The translations under genes and the position numbers were made by a program. From Pirellulales bacterium (lineage in GTDB: Bacteria > Planctomycetota > Planctomycetia > Pirellulales > PNKZ01), in assembly GCA_036268995.1 (NCBI GenBank), contig DATATB010000137.1, positions 55,164 through 119,163 of the forward strand: a DNA stretch of 64,000 nt, given 5' to 3'. This document shows positions 53,860 through 64,000 of this stretch, piece by piece (the stretch's first letter is position 1; the number at the start of each line of letters is the position of its first letter). The notes below the pieces were generated by a model. That model was not told the DNA's origin, ran no database searches, and worked only from the letters and a program-made list of their open reading frames with translations.

Positions 53860-55644
53860 ATGACGTCCAATCCCATCCAGCCGGACATCGCCGCTGCCGA
53901 CCCCTCATGGCAGACGTTGGCGGAATTGATTGCCGATCGGGTCCAGCAAGCTCCCGACTTGGAGCTGTATTCGTTTCTGATCGACGGTGAGCGTCAGCGA
54001 GTTTTGCTCTCCTGCGCGGCGTTGGCGCGCCGTGTCAATTCGGTCGCCGCCTGGTTGCTCGCTTCTACGCGACCAGGAGATCGAGTCCTCATTCAAACGC
54101 CGCCCGGGCTCGACTTCGTGGTCGCCTTCTTGGGGTGCGTCGGCTGCGGGCGCATTGCCGTACCGGTTTTTCCGCCCCAAATGCAGCGTAAGCAGCGTGG
54201 GACGGATCGGTGGCAATCCATTTTTGATTCTGCCGAGCCTGCCGCGGCCCTCACAACGCAGCCGGCCGCCAATCCTGCACATGAGCTGGCCGTGCCGTAT
54301 CTCGAGGTTGATCGGCACGCGAGTCCGGACGCTCCCGATGCGTTGCTCGGGTGTGATGTTCGGCCCGACATGCCGGCCATGATTCAATACACGTCGGGTT
54401 CGACCACCGCGCCGCGCGGAGTGGTGCTGACGCATCGAAATCTGCTACACAATTTGGCTCACATTTGCCGACGTTTCGGTCACACGTCTGCCAGTCGAGG
54501 CGTGATTTGGCTTCCCCCCTATCACGACATGGGTTTGATTGGCGGCATCCTGCAGCCGATTTATGCGGGCTTTCCGGTGTTGCTGATGTCGCCATTGCAT
54601 TTTCTTCAGCAGCCCGTGCGCTGGCTGCGCGCGATTTCGGAGTTCGGCGGCACGACGAGCGGCGGTCCCAATTTCGCCTACGAAATGTGTGCCCAGCAGA
54701 TCACACCGGAAGATTGCGCGGGACTCGATCTCAGCCGCTGGGAAGTGGCATTTGTCGGCGCCGAGCCGGTGGCCGCCAAGACCCTCGATCGTTTCGCAGC
54801 GGCGTTCGAACCCTACGGTTTTCGCCGCCAGGCTTTTTACCCCTGCTATGGTCTGGCGGAAGGCACGCTATTGGTGTCCGGAGCGAACAAGCTCCGAGGT
54901 ATCGCTATCCAAAATGTTTCCGCGGACGAGCTGGAATCGAATCGATTCAAGCCGTTGTCGCCGGGCGATGCCGCCGGTCGGCAACTCGTCGGCTGCGGCC
55001 ATTCGCTGGACGACCAGCAAATCCTCGTGGTCGATCCAGACACGTTGCGGCCAGTGAAGAACGATCAAATTGGCGAGATTTGGGTTCGCGGACCGAGCGT
55101 CGCGTCCGGTTATTGGAATTCGCCCCAGGCTACTCAGGCAACGTTCGGCGCGATACTCGCCGCCACGGGCGAAGGGCCGTTCCTGCGGACGGGCGACCTG
55201 GGATATCTGTGCGAGGGGCAACTATTCATCACCGGCAGGCTCAAGGATTTGATCATCCTGGCCGGTCGGAATCATTACCCGCAGGATATCGAACAGACCG
55301 TGCAGCAATGCCATTCGGCCATCCGGCGCGATGGCTGTGCGGCATTTGGCATCGAAATGGACGGCGAGGAGCAACTGGTCGTGGTGGCCGAAGTGCGGCG
55401 TCGCGCCGACCTGCGTCAAGGCGCTACCGACGATTGGAGGTTGGACAGCGAGGCCGAGGGCATTGAGCAATCGCCCGAGATCGTCGCAGCGATTCGTTCG
55501 GCGGTCTTTCAGCAGCACGGAGCCCGGGTCGCATCGGTCCAATTGGTGTCGGCGGCAAGCATCTTGAAGACCCCGAGCGGGAAGAAGCGACGGCAAGCGT
55601 GCCGTGCAAAATATTTGGCCGAGTGCGCGAAACAAGTCGTGTAG
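53860..55644 (+). CDS. Fatty acyl-AMP ligase (FAAL, FadD32-like adenylation enzyme)
   Basis: AMP-binding motifs YTSGSTTAPRGVVLTH, core TGDLG; FAAL-type insertion; ATG at 53860 (the listed ORF starts at a TTG at 53851). Confidence 0.85.
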   Translation: MTSNPIQPDIAAADPSWQTLAELIADRVQQAPDLELYSFLIDGERQRVLLSCAALARRVNSVAAWLLASTRPGDRVLIQTPPGLDFVVAFLGCVGCGRIAVPVFPPQMQRKQRGTDRWQSIFDSAEPAAALTTQPAANPAHELAVPYLEVDRHASPDAPDALLGCDVRPDMPAMIQYTSGSTTAPRGVVLTHRNLLHNLAHICRRFGHTSASRGVIWLPPYHDMGLIGGILQPIYAGFPVLLMSPLHFLQQPVRWLRAISEFGGTTSGGPNFAYEMCAQQITPEDCAGLDLSRWEVAFVGAEPVAAKTLDRFAAAFEPYGFRRQAFYPCYGLAEGTLLVSGANKLRGIAIQNVSADELESNRFKPLSPGDAAGRQLVGCGHSLDDQQILVVDPDTLRPVKNDQIGEIWVRGPSVASGYWNSPQATQATFGAILAATGEGPFLRTGDLGYLCEGQLFITGRLKDLIILAGRNHYPQDIEQTVQQCHSAIRRDGCAAFGIEMDGEEQLVVVAEVRRRADLRQGATDDWRLDSEAEGIEQSPEIVAAIRSAVFQQHGARVASVQLVSAASILKTPSGKKRRQACRAKYLAECAKQVV

Positions 55645-55646
55645 CA

Positions 55647-56606
55647 ATGTTGATATCTGAAACGAATTCGCCTCCACTCGTGGCCCAAGCCCGTGGCTCG
55701 GCGCGGCGGCTGCAACAGTGGCTGACACTCGTCATGGTGATCGCGCCGGTGTTAGGCGTAGTTCTGGCGATCATCATGCTGTGGGGTCGCGGTGTCGATG
55801 GACTCGACGTCATGCTGTTGGTCGGGATGTACGTCGCGACCGTGTTGGGCGTGGAGGTGGGACTTCATCGGCATTTTTCGCATCGCGCCTTTCAGACGTT
55901 TCCTTGGATGCGAGCTGGATTGGGCGTCTTCGGATCGATGGCGGCGCAGGGGCCCGTGCTGTTTTGGGCTTCGGTTCATCGGCGACATCATGCCTATAGC
56001 GATCGGGAAGGCGATCCCCATTCACCGCGCGCGCAGGGCGCGGGCTGGCGCGGACGCCTGCGCGGACTGTGGCACGGTCATCTCGGTTGGTTATTTCAAT
56101 TTGAGGTGACCGACCTGGCTGCTTACGCGCCGGATCTGCTGCGCGATCGATTGGTGTTTAACCTGAGCTACCTCTATCCGATTTGGGTGCTGTTGGGTTT
56201 GTTATTGCCGGCCGTGCTGGGAGGCGTGATCTCTGGGAGTTGGGTCGGAGCCGCGACTGGCTGCCTGTGGGGCGGGCTGGTCCGCGTGTTTCTGGTGCAC
56301 CACGCGACGTGGAGCGTCAATTCGCTGTGTCACACGTTTGGCAGCCGGCCATTCCGCACGCGCGACCAGAGCACCAACAATCCTTGGCTGATGCTGAGCT
56401 CGCTCGGCGGCTCGTGGCACAACAATCATCATGCATTTCCACACGCGGCGCTGAATTCGTTGAGGTGGTGGCAATTGGACCCGTCGGGATGGCTGATTCA
56501 GCTCCTGCGAGCCGTGGGCCTGGTTTGGGACGTGCGCGTGGCTGATTGGCGCCCAAGCGGTTTCCAGGCGGCGCAGTCTTTGGCTAAGGGCGATCAGATG
56601 GGTTAA
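55647..56606 (+). CDS. Acyl-CoA/acyl-lipid desaturase, paralog 2
   Basis: His boxes HRHFSH, HRRHHAYSDREGDPHSP, HNNHHAF; ATG 2 nt after FAAL stop. Confidence 0.85.
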   Translation: MLISETNSPPLVAQARGSARRLQQWLTLVMVIAPVLGVVLAIIMLWGRGVDGLDVMLLVGMYVATVLGVEVGLHRHFSHRAFQTFPWMRAGLGVFGSMAAQGPVLFWASVHRRHHAYSDREGDPHSPRAQGAGWRGRLRGLWHGHLGWLFQFEVTDLAAYAPDLLRDRLVFNLSYLYPIWVLLGLLLPAVLGGVISGSWVGAATGCLWGGLVRVFLVHHATWSVNSLCHTFGSRPFRTRDQSTNNPWLMLSSLGGSWHNNHHAFPHAALNSLRWWQLDPSGWLIQLLRAVGLVWDVRVADWRPSGFQAAQSLAKGDQMG

Positions 56607-56628
56607 GTTCAACGGGGTAAGCAGGACG

Positions 56629-57606
56629 ATGGGGCAGCAAAGTCACAATCCGATTCCCGGCGTCGCGCGCGCCAGGCCAATTGCCCGGCGCTGGCAGCAG
56701 TCGATTGCGCTGGCCGTGGTCGCGCTGCCCATCATCGGGGTCGTCGCGGCCGTGGCACTCTGGTGGCGAGTCGGGATTGGTGCCTTGGAATTGGGCGCGC
56801 TGGCAGGCATGTTTTTCGTTTGCATGCTGGGCGTGACGGTCGGCTTTCATCGCCACTTTGCCCACAATTCTTTCAAGACGAGCCGTGCCGGCCGGGCGCT
56901 GCTGATCGTTCTGGGATCGATGGCAGCGCAGGGTCCAGTATTGTTTTGGGTGGTCACGCATCGACGGCACCACGCCTTCAGCGATCAGGAAGGCGACCCT
57001 CACTCGCCCAACTTGCACGGCGGCGATTGGACCGGCCTGCTCGTGGGACTGTGGCATTCGCACATCGGCTGGATGTTTTCGGACGAACTTACCGATTGGG
57101 TGCACTTCGGTCGCGATCTGCTGCAAGATCGAATGATTTTTCGCCTGCATCGCCTGTACGCGCTGTGGGTCATGCTGGGCCTGGTCCTGCCGGCGGCCGT
57201 TTGCGGCCTGATCGGTGGCACCTGGCTGGCGGCCTTGCAAGGCCTTCTGTGGGGCGGCCTGGTCCGCATGTTCATGGTGAACCAGGCAAGCTGGTGCGTG
57301 GGCTCGGTTTGCCACGTCTTCGGAACACGTCCGTTCCAGACGCGCGATCGCAGCGCCAACAACTACCTCGTAGCGCTGCTGACGTTTGGCGAGGGATTGC
57401 AGAATAACCATCACGCGTTTCCCAGTTCGCACGCCCATGCCGTCTGGTGGTGGGAGCCCGACCTCAGCGCCTGGGTGATTCGCATGCTTGAATTCTGCGG
57501 ACTCGTGTGGGACGTGAAGCGGCCGACGGCGCGGGCCGTCAGCGAGTTGCGCGCGGTTCCGTCGGTTGCTTCAGAGCTAGAGTTGAACCGGGGCGCTAAT
57601 GGCTGA
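56629..57606 (+). CDS. Acyl-CoA/acyl-lipid desaturase, paralog 3
   Basis: His boxes HRHFAH, HRRHHAFSDQEGDPHSP, HNNHHAF; highly similar to paralog 1. Confidence 0.85.
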   Translation: MGQQSHNPIPGVARARPIARRWQQSIALAVVALPIIGVVAAVALWWRVGIGALELGALAGMFFVCMLGVTVGFHRHFAHNSFKTSRAGRALLIVLGSMAAQGPVLFWVVTHRRHHAFSDQEGDPHSPNLHGGDWTGLLVGLWHSHIGWMFSDELTDWVHFGRDLLQDRMIFRLHRLYALWVMLGLVLPAAVCGLIGGTWLAALQGLLWGGLVRMFMVNQASWCVGSVCHVFGTRPFQTRDRSANNYLVALLTFGEGLQNNHHAFPSSHAHAVWWWEPDLSAWVIRMLEFCGLVWDVKRPTARAVSELRAVPSVASELELNRGANG

Positions 57607-58453
57607 ACCTCATACCAATCCGACCGCTGCACCACGCAAGCGAGCTCTCGTCACCGGGGCCAGCACCGGCATCGGCGCGGCTTTTGCCCAACAACTTGCC
57701 GGCTTGGGATACGACCTGATACTTGTTGCCAGGACCAAAAGCCTGCTGGACGAGCTCGCGCGGAAGTTGCACGATCGCCATGGATCGGAAGTCACGGTGG
57801 TCGCGGCCGATTTGAGCACTAAGGAAGGCCAGTCAACCGTCGTTCGCCTCGTCGCGAGCGACCCGGGCTTGTCCATGTTGGTGAATGCAGCAGGCAGCGC
57901 CAACTGGGGTAATCACGCGGACCTGGAAGTTGCCGGCGAAGTCGCCTTGATTGAGTTGAACGTCGTGGCCTTGGTGCGGCTGACCAAGGCGGCGTTGCCA
58001 GCCATGTTGGCTCGCGGCCAAGGCGCGATCATCAACGTGGCCTCGCTGTCGTCGTTCGCGCCCATACCTTCGATCGCTACTTATTGCGGAACAAAATCCT
58101 TCGTGGCGAATTTTACCGAGTCGTTGTACGAAGAGCTTCGCGGAACCGGGGTCTACGTGCAGGCTCTTTGCCCGGGCTTCACGCGCACCAATATCTTTGC
58201 CCGGGCCGGAGCCAATGAGCGGCGCGTGCCCAAGATTCTGTGGCAAACACCGGAAGCGGTCGTTCGTTGTTCGTTGAAAGCCCTGCGACGCCGACAAGCG
58301 CGGTGCGTCCCAGGACTGCGGAATTACGTGTGCATGCTTTGGGTGCTCTGGATGCCGCGCTGGATGTCGCGGCATATCGCGAGCAACCTGCTAGGCCGCT
58401 TTGAGAAACTGGAGCCGCGCCCGCCCGAGCGTGCGGCGCCCGTCACCACGTGA
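57599..58453 (+). CDS. SDR-family oxidoreductase (classical short-chain dehydrogenase/reductase)
   Basis: TGASTGIGAAFA Rossmann motif, catalytic YxxxK region (YCGTK); overlaps desaturase stop by 8 nt. Confidence 0.8.
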   Translation: MAEPHTNPTAAPRKRALVTGASTGIGAAFAQQLAGLGYDLILVARTKSLLDELARKLHDRHGSEVTVVAADLSTKEGQSTVVRLVASDPGLSMLVNAAGSANWGNHADLEVAGEVALIELNVVALVRLTKAALPAMLARGQGAIINVASLSSFAPIPSIATYCGTKSFVANFTESLYEELRGTGVYVQALCPGFTRTNIFARAGANERRVPKILWQTPEAVVRCSLKALRRRQARCVPGLRNYVCMLWVLWMPRWMSRHIASNLLGRFEKLEPRPPERAAPVTT

Positions 58454-58475
58454 CTAGACAGGACCTGATACTCGC

Positions 58476-59042
58476 ATGACGACCGAAGCTATTTCTTCCG
58501 TGATGCCGACTCCATCGGACGTGGCGGCCAGGCGCGGCCTGGCGCGTATTCCGCTCGTCGTGCGGATGCTGTTCTATGGCATGTTCTTTCTGGCCGTGGT
58601 TTTGTTGGGCATTGCCGGGCTGAATTATCAAATTGACCGTATCTGGCCAGCATGCCACATCGAGGTTGGCGCCTGGCGGTGGGTGGGAGCGGCGCTGTTC
58701 GCGGCTTCGTTGAGCGTTTACGTCTGCACGGCCGTGTTGCTCAGCCGGCTAGGTGAAGGGGCGTTTGCCGAATTCGACCCACCGAGCCGCTTTGTGCGTG
58801 TGGGGCCGTACCGTTGGGTGCGAAATCCCATTTCGCTCTGCGTGCTGGCGATGATTCTCGGCGAAGCGCTGGCCCTTTCCAGCACCGGGATCTTCCTGAT
58901 GCTTTTCGTGTCGATGGTCATCGCCCATCTGCAAGCGACCCACCTCGAGGAGCCGCTGCTGCTGCGGCGCTTCGGCCAGTCCTACGCCGACTATCGAACC
59001 GAGGTGCCGCGTTGGATTCCACGCAGACCAAAGCTCTCATGA
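58476..59042 (+). CDS. ICMT/PEMT-family membrane methyltransferase
   Basis: 188 aa, 4-5 TM helices; C-terminal motif VRVGPYRWVRNPISL ... E typical of isoprenylcysteine carboxyl / phospholipid methyltransferase family. Confidence 0.55.
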   Translation: MTTEAISSVMPTPSDVAARRGLARIPLVVRMLFYGMFFLAVVLLGIAGLNYQIDRIWPACHIEVGAWRWVGAALFAASLSVYVCTAVLLSRLGEGAFAEFDPPSRFVRVGPYRWVRNPISLCVLAMILGEALALSSTGIFLMLFVSMVIAHLQATHLEEPLLLRRFGQSYADYRTEVPRWIPRRPKLS

Positions 59043-60304
59043 CGCGCGAGCGGGCCTCTCCACCTTTGAACGTGCTGCTCTTCGGGCTGGGCAGCCGCGG
59101 CGACGTGCATCCGTTTTTTGCCTTAGGACAGGCCCTGCAAGCGCGCGGCCATCACATCACCTTCCTGACCTTGGGCTACTTCTCGGAGCAGGCACGGCGG
59201 CTGGGTTTCGAGGTCGTCGAAGTCGGCAGTGCCGACGATTATTTGAAGTGGGCGCTGCACCCAGACTTGTGGCATCCGCGCCGCGGCTTTCGGGTGATGG
59301 CGGAAATCACACGGCTAATCAGCGCCACGATTTATCGAGAAATCGAGGCGCGTTACGAGCCGCGGCGCACGCTCATCGTCGGGACATGTTCGATATTCGC
59401 CGCCCGGGTCGCCCAGGAAAAGTTGGGTGTCCCCTTGGTCACCGCAGTCTTGCAACCTGCCCTGTTCTTCAGCACGCACGAGTCACCCACCTTGCAGCCC
59501 TTTATGGCGGGCATTAATCGTTATCCGCGCTGGGTGAGGCGACTGGCGATGGGCGCGGCCGGCTTAACGATGGATCGGGCCTTGGGCCCAGCGGTCAACG
59601 AATTTCGAGCCAGCGTCGGACTGCCGCCGGTTCGAAATCTTTGTGATTGGTGGTTTTCTCCCCAAGCCGTCGTGCCGCTTTTTCCCGAGTGGTTCGCCGC
59701 ACCGCAGCCGGACTGGCCTGCCAATCTGCGGATGGCGAGCTTTCCGTTCTACGACGGATCGAATTTCGCGGCGCCGTCAGAAGAGTTGGCGGAGTTCATC
59801 GCGTCGGGCGATCCGCCACTGGTTTTCACGCCGGGTTCGGGAGCGCGCAATGCCAGGCAGTTCTTCACTGCCAGCGTCGAAGCTTGCCGCCTGCTCAAGC
59901 GGCGCGGGATTCTACTCACGCCGTTTGAGGATCAAATTCCGCCATTGTACGACGAGGTGCGGCACGAGCCATTCGTGAACCTCGAGTGGCTGCTGCCACG
60001 CTCGGCCGCGATGATTCACCACGGCGGCATCGGCACGGCGGCCGACGCGCTGCGAGCCGGCCGGCCGCAGTTGCTCATGCCCATGGCTTTCGACCAGCCT
60101 GACAACGCGGCCCGCTTGCGACGTCTGGGCGTCGGACGCTCGCTGGCGCCGCGTCACTTCACCGGCCCAAGGGTCGCCCGAGTCTTGTCCGCCTTGCTCG
60201 AATCGGCGGAGGTGGCGAGCCGCTGCCGCGACTATGCCAACCGGTTGCAAGGCGCCATGGATCTGCGTGTGGGCTGCGAACTCATCGAGTCATTGGGAGG
60301 TTGA
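59039..60304 (+). CDS. Glycosyltransferase family 1 (UDP-glycosyltransferase/MGT-like GT-B)
   Basis: 421 aa; N-terminal LLFGLGSRGDVHPFFALGQAL and C-terminal UGT signature IHHGGIGTAADALRAGRPQLLMPMAFDQPDNA; ATGA overlap with upstream gene. Confidence 0.8.
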   Translation: MTRERASPPLNVLLFGLGSRGDVHPFFALGQALQARGHHITFLTLGYFSEQARRLGFEVVEVGSADDYLKWALHPDLWHPRRGFRVMAEITRLISATIYREIEARYEPRRTLIVGTCSIFAARVAQEKLGVPLVTAVLQPALFFSTHESPTLQPFMAGINRYPRWVRRLAMGAAGLTMDRALGPAVNEFRASVGLPPVRNLCDWWFSPQAVVPLFPEWFAAPQPDWPANLRMASFPFYDGSNFAAPSEELAEFIASGDPPLVFTPGSGARNARQFFTASVEACRLLKRRGILLTPFEDQIPPLYDEVRHEPFVNLEWLLPRSAAMIHHGGIGTAADALRAGRPQLLMPMAFDQPDNAARLRRLGVGRSLAPRHFTGPRVARVLSALLESAEVASRCRDYANRLQGAMDLRVGCELIESLGG

Positions 60305-61652
60305 ACACCGAACGGGCGACTTCATTTTCTTGCTCGGCAGGCTTGGGCGGCGGCATTTCGCAATTACAGTCGAGCGCCAGGCAGCCTTGGGCCTGGTGCA
60401 ATTTCACCACGGCGATGCGCCAGTCGACCGCACGGCGAGTCAGCTCGTGTTCGGCTTGAATCACGGCGAGTTGCGCTGCGGCGTGATCGAAGGCCGTGGC
60501 GGCGCCGATCGCTTGCTTCGCTTCCGAGCGGCTTAAATCGCGCTGGCGGGATTCCAAAGCGTGCTTGGCCGCGGCGACATCGCGCACGCGCATTTGCACG
60601 TCCAGCACCTGGCCGTGGATCTCGTCGATCACCGATTGCTGCGCTGCCCAGAGCATTTGCGCCAGTTGCTGCCGGCGGACCGCGATTTCGCGGTCCTCGA
60701 GCTCGTGGTGCCGAATGTGCCGGACGGCGATCGCGGATCCCAGCGCACTATCCTGTTGTCCCAATGCGGCCCGGGCCACCGGAAGTGTATCGCGATCGAG
60801 CGCCCCCAGGATCAGTCGCAGACTCTGCAACTCTGTGCGCTGTGCCAAAGCCAGCGCCGTTGCGCCTTCGACGTCCGGCGATTGCGGGATCGGACGCAAA
60901 TCGGCCTGCGGCCAGATGGGTCTAGGATCGGCGGCATCGATGGCCAATAAGTTTCGCAATTGAATATTTAAGCGCGCGACGGTGGTCAGGGCTTCGGCCC
61001 GCTGGTTCAAGACGACGATTTCGCGATCCTGGAGCGCATCAATATCCCCCGGCGATTGCCCGGTGAGCCGCTTGATGCGCTCGTGATCGGCAATCATGTT
61101 CCGCACTTCGATCAGGGTACGATCCGTGGCGTCGCACGCCGCCTCGGCCGCCGCCAGCTCGTAAAAAGCCGTCAGCGCCTGGCTGGCCGCTTCGTTACTC
61201 CGCGAGGCAGCCCGCAATGCCAGGAGTTGCCGCTGGACGGCGGCCAGGTGTTGCTTGCCGGCGCAGTGGCCAGACGTGAGCTGCACGGTCAGGCCGCGCT
61301 CCATTTGCAGGAGGGACGCGGCCTTGGCATAGCCCGCGGCACGGCAGCGGCACTCGTCGGGCGACACCTGCATGTAATGATCCGGACGGCCGCCGGATGC
61401 CAGGTTTCGATCAACTTCCCGCCAGGAGCCGACCTGCGAAACGTCCGCGTGGATCTGGCCTCGCGGTGCCAAACCTTCTGCGGCAACGACGCCTGTCGTG
61501 GCGGTGCTCGACCGCGTCCAGCAGCGATGCGTTGCGGCGCGGTCCGACGCGCAGCCCAAAACCAGGGCCGCGTGCAAGACCAGGAGCATTCGTTTCGACC
61601 GTTGTCGCCGCATGCGAGTCGTTTCCAGGGCATCGCGGGAAAAAGCGCGCAA
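60282..61652 (-). CDS. Outer membrane efflux protein (TolC/OprM-family OMF), probable lipoprotein
   Basis: Lipobox LVLGCAS after MRRQRSKRMLLVLHAA (likely start ~61613); coiled-coil two-repeat architecture, C-terminal ...LHQAQGCLA resembling OMF ends. Confidence 0.5.
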   Translation of the reverse strand: MRAFSRDALETTRMRRQRSKRMLLVLHAALVLGCASDRAATHRCWTRSSTATTGVVAAEGLAPRGQIHADVSQVGSWREVDRNLASGGRPDHYMQVSPDECRCRAAGYAKAASLLQMERGLTVQLTSGHCAGKQHLAAVQRQLLALRAASRSNEAASQALTAFYELAAAEAACDATDRTLIEVRNMIADHERIKRLTGQSPGDIDALQDREIVVLNQRAEALTTVARLNIQLRNLLAIDAADPRPIWPQADLRPIPQSPDVEGATALALAQRTELQSLRLILGALDRDTLPVARAALGQQDSALGSAIAVRHIRHHELEDREIAVRRQQLAQMLWAAQQSVIDEIHGQVLDVQMRVRDVAAAKHALESRQRDLSRSEAKQAIGAATAFDHAAAQLAVIQAEHELTRRAVDWRIAVVKLHQAQGCLALDCNCEMPPPKPAEQENEVARSVFNLPMTR

Positions 61653-61786
61653 GCTCCCCCCGCCTGTCTAGTTATCGAGAATCTGTTATTCTGAAAACGA
61701 CTCGGCAATCGGATGCTCCTGGGCCTCGGATTTCGTAGGCTTTAACGGTTGTAGCGCTGGGCTTAGTCATTTTCTCGGGGCAGCGT

Positions 61787-62542
61787 ATGGAAGCGGATCG
61801 ACCAGCCACTGCGCAGGCGGGCGAGAAGACCGGGCTCGGCGACCGCGTGTTCGTATTGCGCGACGTGCGGAAGGTTTATCGTCGAGAGGACGTCGAGGTT
61901 TGGGCCCTGCGAGGCGTCGACCTGGATGTGCTGCCGGGCGAGTTTCTGGTCTTGCTGGGGCCGTCGGGCAGCGGCAAATCGACCCTCCTGAACATGCTGG
62001 GAGGCCTTGACCGGCCCACCAGCGGGCAGGTGCTGCATCTCGACCGGGATTTGACGACCCTCGACGACGCGGCACTCACGCGGTTCCGCCGTGACCACGT
62101 CGGCTTCGTGTTCCAGTTTTACAATCTCATTCCCAGCCTCACCGCCACGGAAAACGTGGCCCTGATCACCGAGATTGCCCATGCGCCCATCGCCCCGCGC
62201 GATGCGCTCGAGCTGGTCGGCATGTTGGACCGCGCCGATCACTTTCCTTCGCAGTTGTCGGGCGGCGAGCAGCAGCGCGTGGCCATTGCCCGAGCCGTGG
62301 CCAAACGTCCCGACGTGCTCCTGTGTGACGAGCCGACCGGCGCTCTGGATGTAGAGTCCGGCATTCGCGTGTTGGAAGTCATGGCCGACGTGAACCGGCG
62401 ATTGGGCACCACCACCGTCATGATCACGCACAACGCGGTTATCGGTGGCATGGCCGATCGGGTGATCCATTTTTCCAACGGCCACGTCGTTGACATCGAG
62501 GTCAACTCTCAGCGCATCGAGGCGCGACAACTCTCCTGGTAA
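61787..62542 (+). CDS. ABC transporter ATP-binding protein, MacB/LolD type
   Basis: Walker [10 protein letters not shown], signature [14 protein letters not shown], Walker [12 protein letters not shown]. Confidence 0.85.
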   Translation: MEADRPATAQAGEKTGLGDRVFVLRDVRKVYRREDVEVWALRGVDLDVLPGEFLVLLGPSGSGKSTLLNMLGGLDRPTSGQVLHLDRDLTTLDDAALTRFRRDHVGFVFQFYNLIPSLTATENVALITEIAHAPIAPRDALELVGMLDRADHFPSQLSGGEQQRVAIARAVAKRPDVLLCDEPTGALDVESGIRVLEVMADVNRRLGTTTVMITHNAVIGGMADRVIHFSNGHVVDIEVNSQRIEARQLSW

Positions 62543-64000
62543 TGGTTTGCATGCGAGCGCTCGATCGGATACTCGTGCGAGACGTGCTCCGCATGCAGGG
62601 GCAGTTGCTGGCCGTTTCGGCCGTGCTGGCCTGCGGTGTCGCGACGCTCGTCCTGTCGCTCAGCTTAATGTCGAGCCTCGATCGCACCCAGGCTGACTAC
62701 TATCGGCAGTACCGCTTTGCCCAGCTCTTTGCGCGGCTGCGGCGCGCCCCGCTGGACCTGGGGGACAGCCTCGCCAAAGTTCCAGGCGTGGCGCAGGTGC
62801 AGTTGCGCATTGTGATGGACGTCCCGCTTGATCTGCCCGGGGACACGGCGCCGTCCGTGGGACGCCTCATCGCACTGGCGCCCGAAACCGACACGCATCT
62901 GAATGAGCTGGTGTTGCGTCAGGGTCGCCTGCCATCGGCCGATGCAACGGGCGAGGTGCTGGTCAGCGAGGCATTCGCCGCAGCTCAAAACTTGCAAATC
63001 GGCGATTCCATCCACGCGATTGCCAACGGCCGGCGGATGAAGCTGGCCATCGTTGGCGTCGTTCTTTCGCCTGAATACATTTTTCAAATGCGCGAGGGCG
63101 CCGGAGTTCCCGACGACAAGCACTTCGGTGTGATCTGGATGAACTATGGCGAGCTGGCGGCGGCCTTCGATCTGCAAGGCGCCTTCAATGATCTGGCCGT
63201 GATGCTGCAACCCGGCGCGTCCGCCGCCGACGTGATCGACGAGATCGACCGGCTGACGGCTGCCTACGGAGGCACCGGCGCGTACGATCGGCAGTCGCAG
63301 CTCTCCAATCGCCATACGACCGACGCGATTTTGCAGCTCCGCAGCGTGGCGATCGTGCCGCCGATCATTTTTCTCGCCGTTTCGGCGTTCCTGGTTCATA
63401 TGGTCCTTTCGCGCTTGATCGGCACGCAGCGCGAGCAGATCGCGGCGTTAAAGGCCTTCGGCTACACGGGCCGCGAGATCGGCGGACATTATCTGCGGCT
63501 CGTGCTCATCATCGTCCTGGTTGGGACGACGGCAGGCGCCGTCATTGGGCAATGCCTCGCGGGCGTCGCGGCAACCAATTACGAGAAGGTGTATCGGTTT
63601 CCCTCGTTGGTGATTCACTTTGAGCCGAGGATCGTGCTTACGGCGCTGCTCGTGACCGCGTGCGCGTGCATTGCCGGCGCCTTCGACGCGGTGCGCAGAG
63701 TCGTACGGTTGCCGCCGGCCGAAGCCATGCGGCCCGAAGCACCGGCCAGTTTTCGGCCGACGCTCGTCGAGTCGCTGGGGCTGGCACACTGGTTCTCACA
63801 GCCCATGCGCATGATTCTCCGCCAATTGAAGCGGCATCCGTTCAAGGCATTGCTGGCTTGCCTCGGCATCGCGCTGGGAACGGCGGTCATGATCCTGGGC
63901 AGCTTCATCCAGGACGCCATCGACTACGTCGTCCAATACGAGTTCTATCAGACGCGCCGTCAAAACGTGACCTTGAACTTCGTCGACGTCCGGCCGCCGC
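62542..64000 (+). CDS. ABC transporter permease, FtsX/MacB-type (partial, runs off window end)
   Basis: Read directly in frame from ATG 62542/62551: N-terminal TM, large periplasmic domain, FtsX-like TM bundle (...LIGTQREQIAALKAFGYT...); no stop before 64000. Confidence 0.7.
   Translation, partial: MVCMRALDRILVRDVLRMQGQLLAVSAVLACGVATLVLSLSLMSSLDRTQADYYRQYRFAQLFARLRRAPLDLGDSLAKVPGVAQVQLRIVMDVPLDLPGDTAPSVGRLIALAPETDTHLNELVLRQGRLPSADATGEVLVSEAFAAAQNLQIGDSIHAIANGRRMKLAIVGVVLSPEYIFQMREGAGVPDDKHFGVIWMNYGELAAAFDLQGAFNDLAVMLQPGASAADVIDEIDRLTAAYGGTGAYDRQSQLSNRHTTDAILQLRSVAIVPPIIFLAVSAFLVHMVLSRLIGTQREQIAALKAFGYTGREIGGHYLRLVLIIVLVGTTAGAVIGQCLAGVAATNYEKVYRFPSLVIHFEPRIVLTALLVTACACIAGAFDAVRRVVRLPPAEAMRPEAPASFRPTLVESLGLAHWFSQPMRMILRQLKRHPFKALLACLGIALGTAVMILGSFIQDAIDYVVQYEFYQTRRQNVTLNFVDVRPP

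Noticed and set aside
54465-55466. 333-aa +1 frame ORF inside FAAL and other internal ORFs in the PKS genes (e.g. 49773..50801, 45226..46101)
   Set aside because: They are internal alternate frames of long GC-rich genes. They have no start-context support and no motifs.

Overview
High-GC (~65%) bacterial chromosomal window. Gene content points to a Planctomycetota, Pirellulaceae-like organism: a YTV-type Cys-rich secreted repeat protein, a sulfatase with C-x-P-x-R motif, Tat/Sec-secreted hypotheticals and a giant TPR-CHAT protein. 1-9 kb on the minus strand is a housekeeping block: rpsB-tsf-pyrH-frr, a GDPD phosphodiesterase and a SurA-like PPIase. 9-41 kb is a mixed accessory region containing: rex; a 650-aa secreted Cys-rich YTV-repeat protein built from two 48-bp tandem arrays; DoxX; a Rieske-membrane fusion; a 1165-aa membrane hypothetical; an APC permease; amt; an NhaD-like transporter; an ANTAR response regulator; a PQQ beta-propeller; an ABC-2 transporter; two tRNA(-like) genes; an SPFH protein; and a 1482-aa TPR-CHAT protein. 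The most interesting region is 41.3-60.3 kb, a compact lipid/polyketide biosynthetic locus arranged as two divergent, translationally coupled operons. The minus operon is discrete ACP -> fully reducing type I PKS module (KS-AT-DH-ER-KR-ACP) -> AT-less KS-DH-ACP module -> FabH/KASIII-like condensing enzyme. The plus operon is FAAL -> desaturase -> desaturase -> SDR -> ICMT/PEMT-family methyltransferase -> GT1 glycosyltransferase. A third paralogous desaturase converges on the KASIII gene. An OMF lipoprotein and a MacB-type ABC exporter follow at 60.3-64 kb. The architecture resembles hglE-type (heterocyst-glycolipid-like) or FAAL-primed very-long-chain lipid pathways. It has no TE/R release domain, and the product is unknown. 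No CRISPR array, integrase or transposase was seen.
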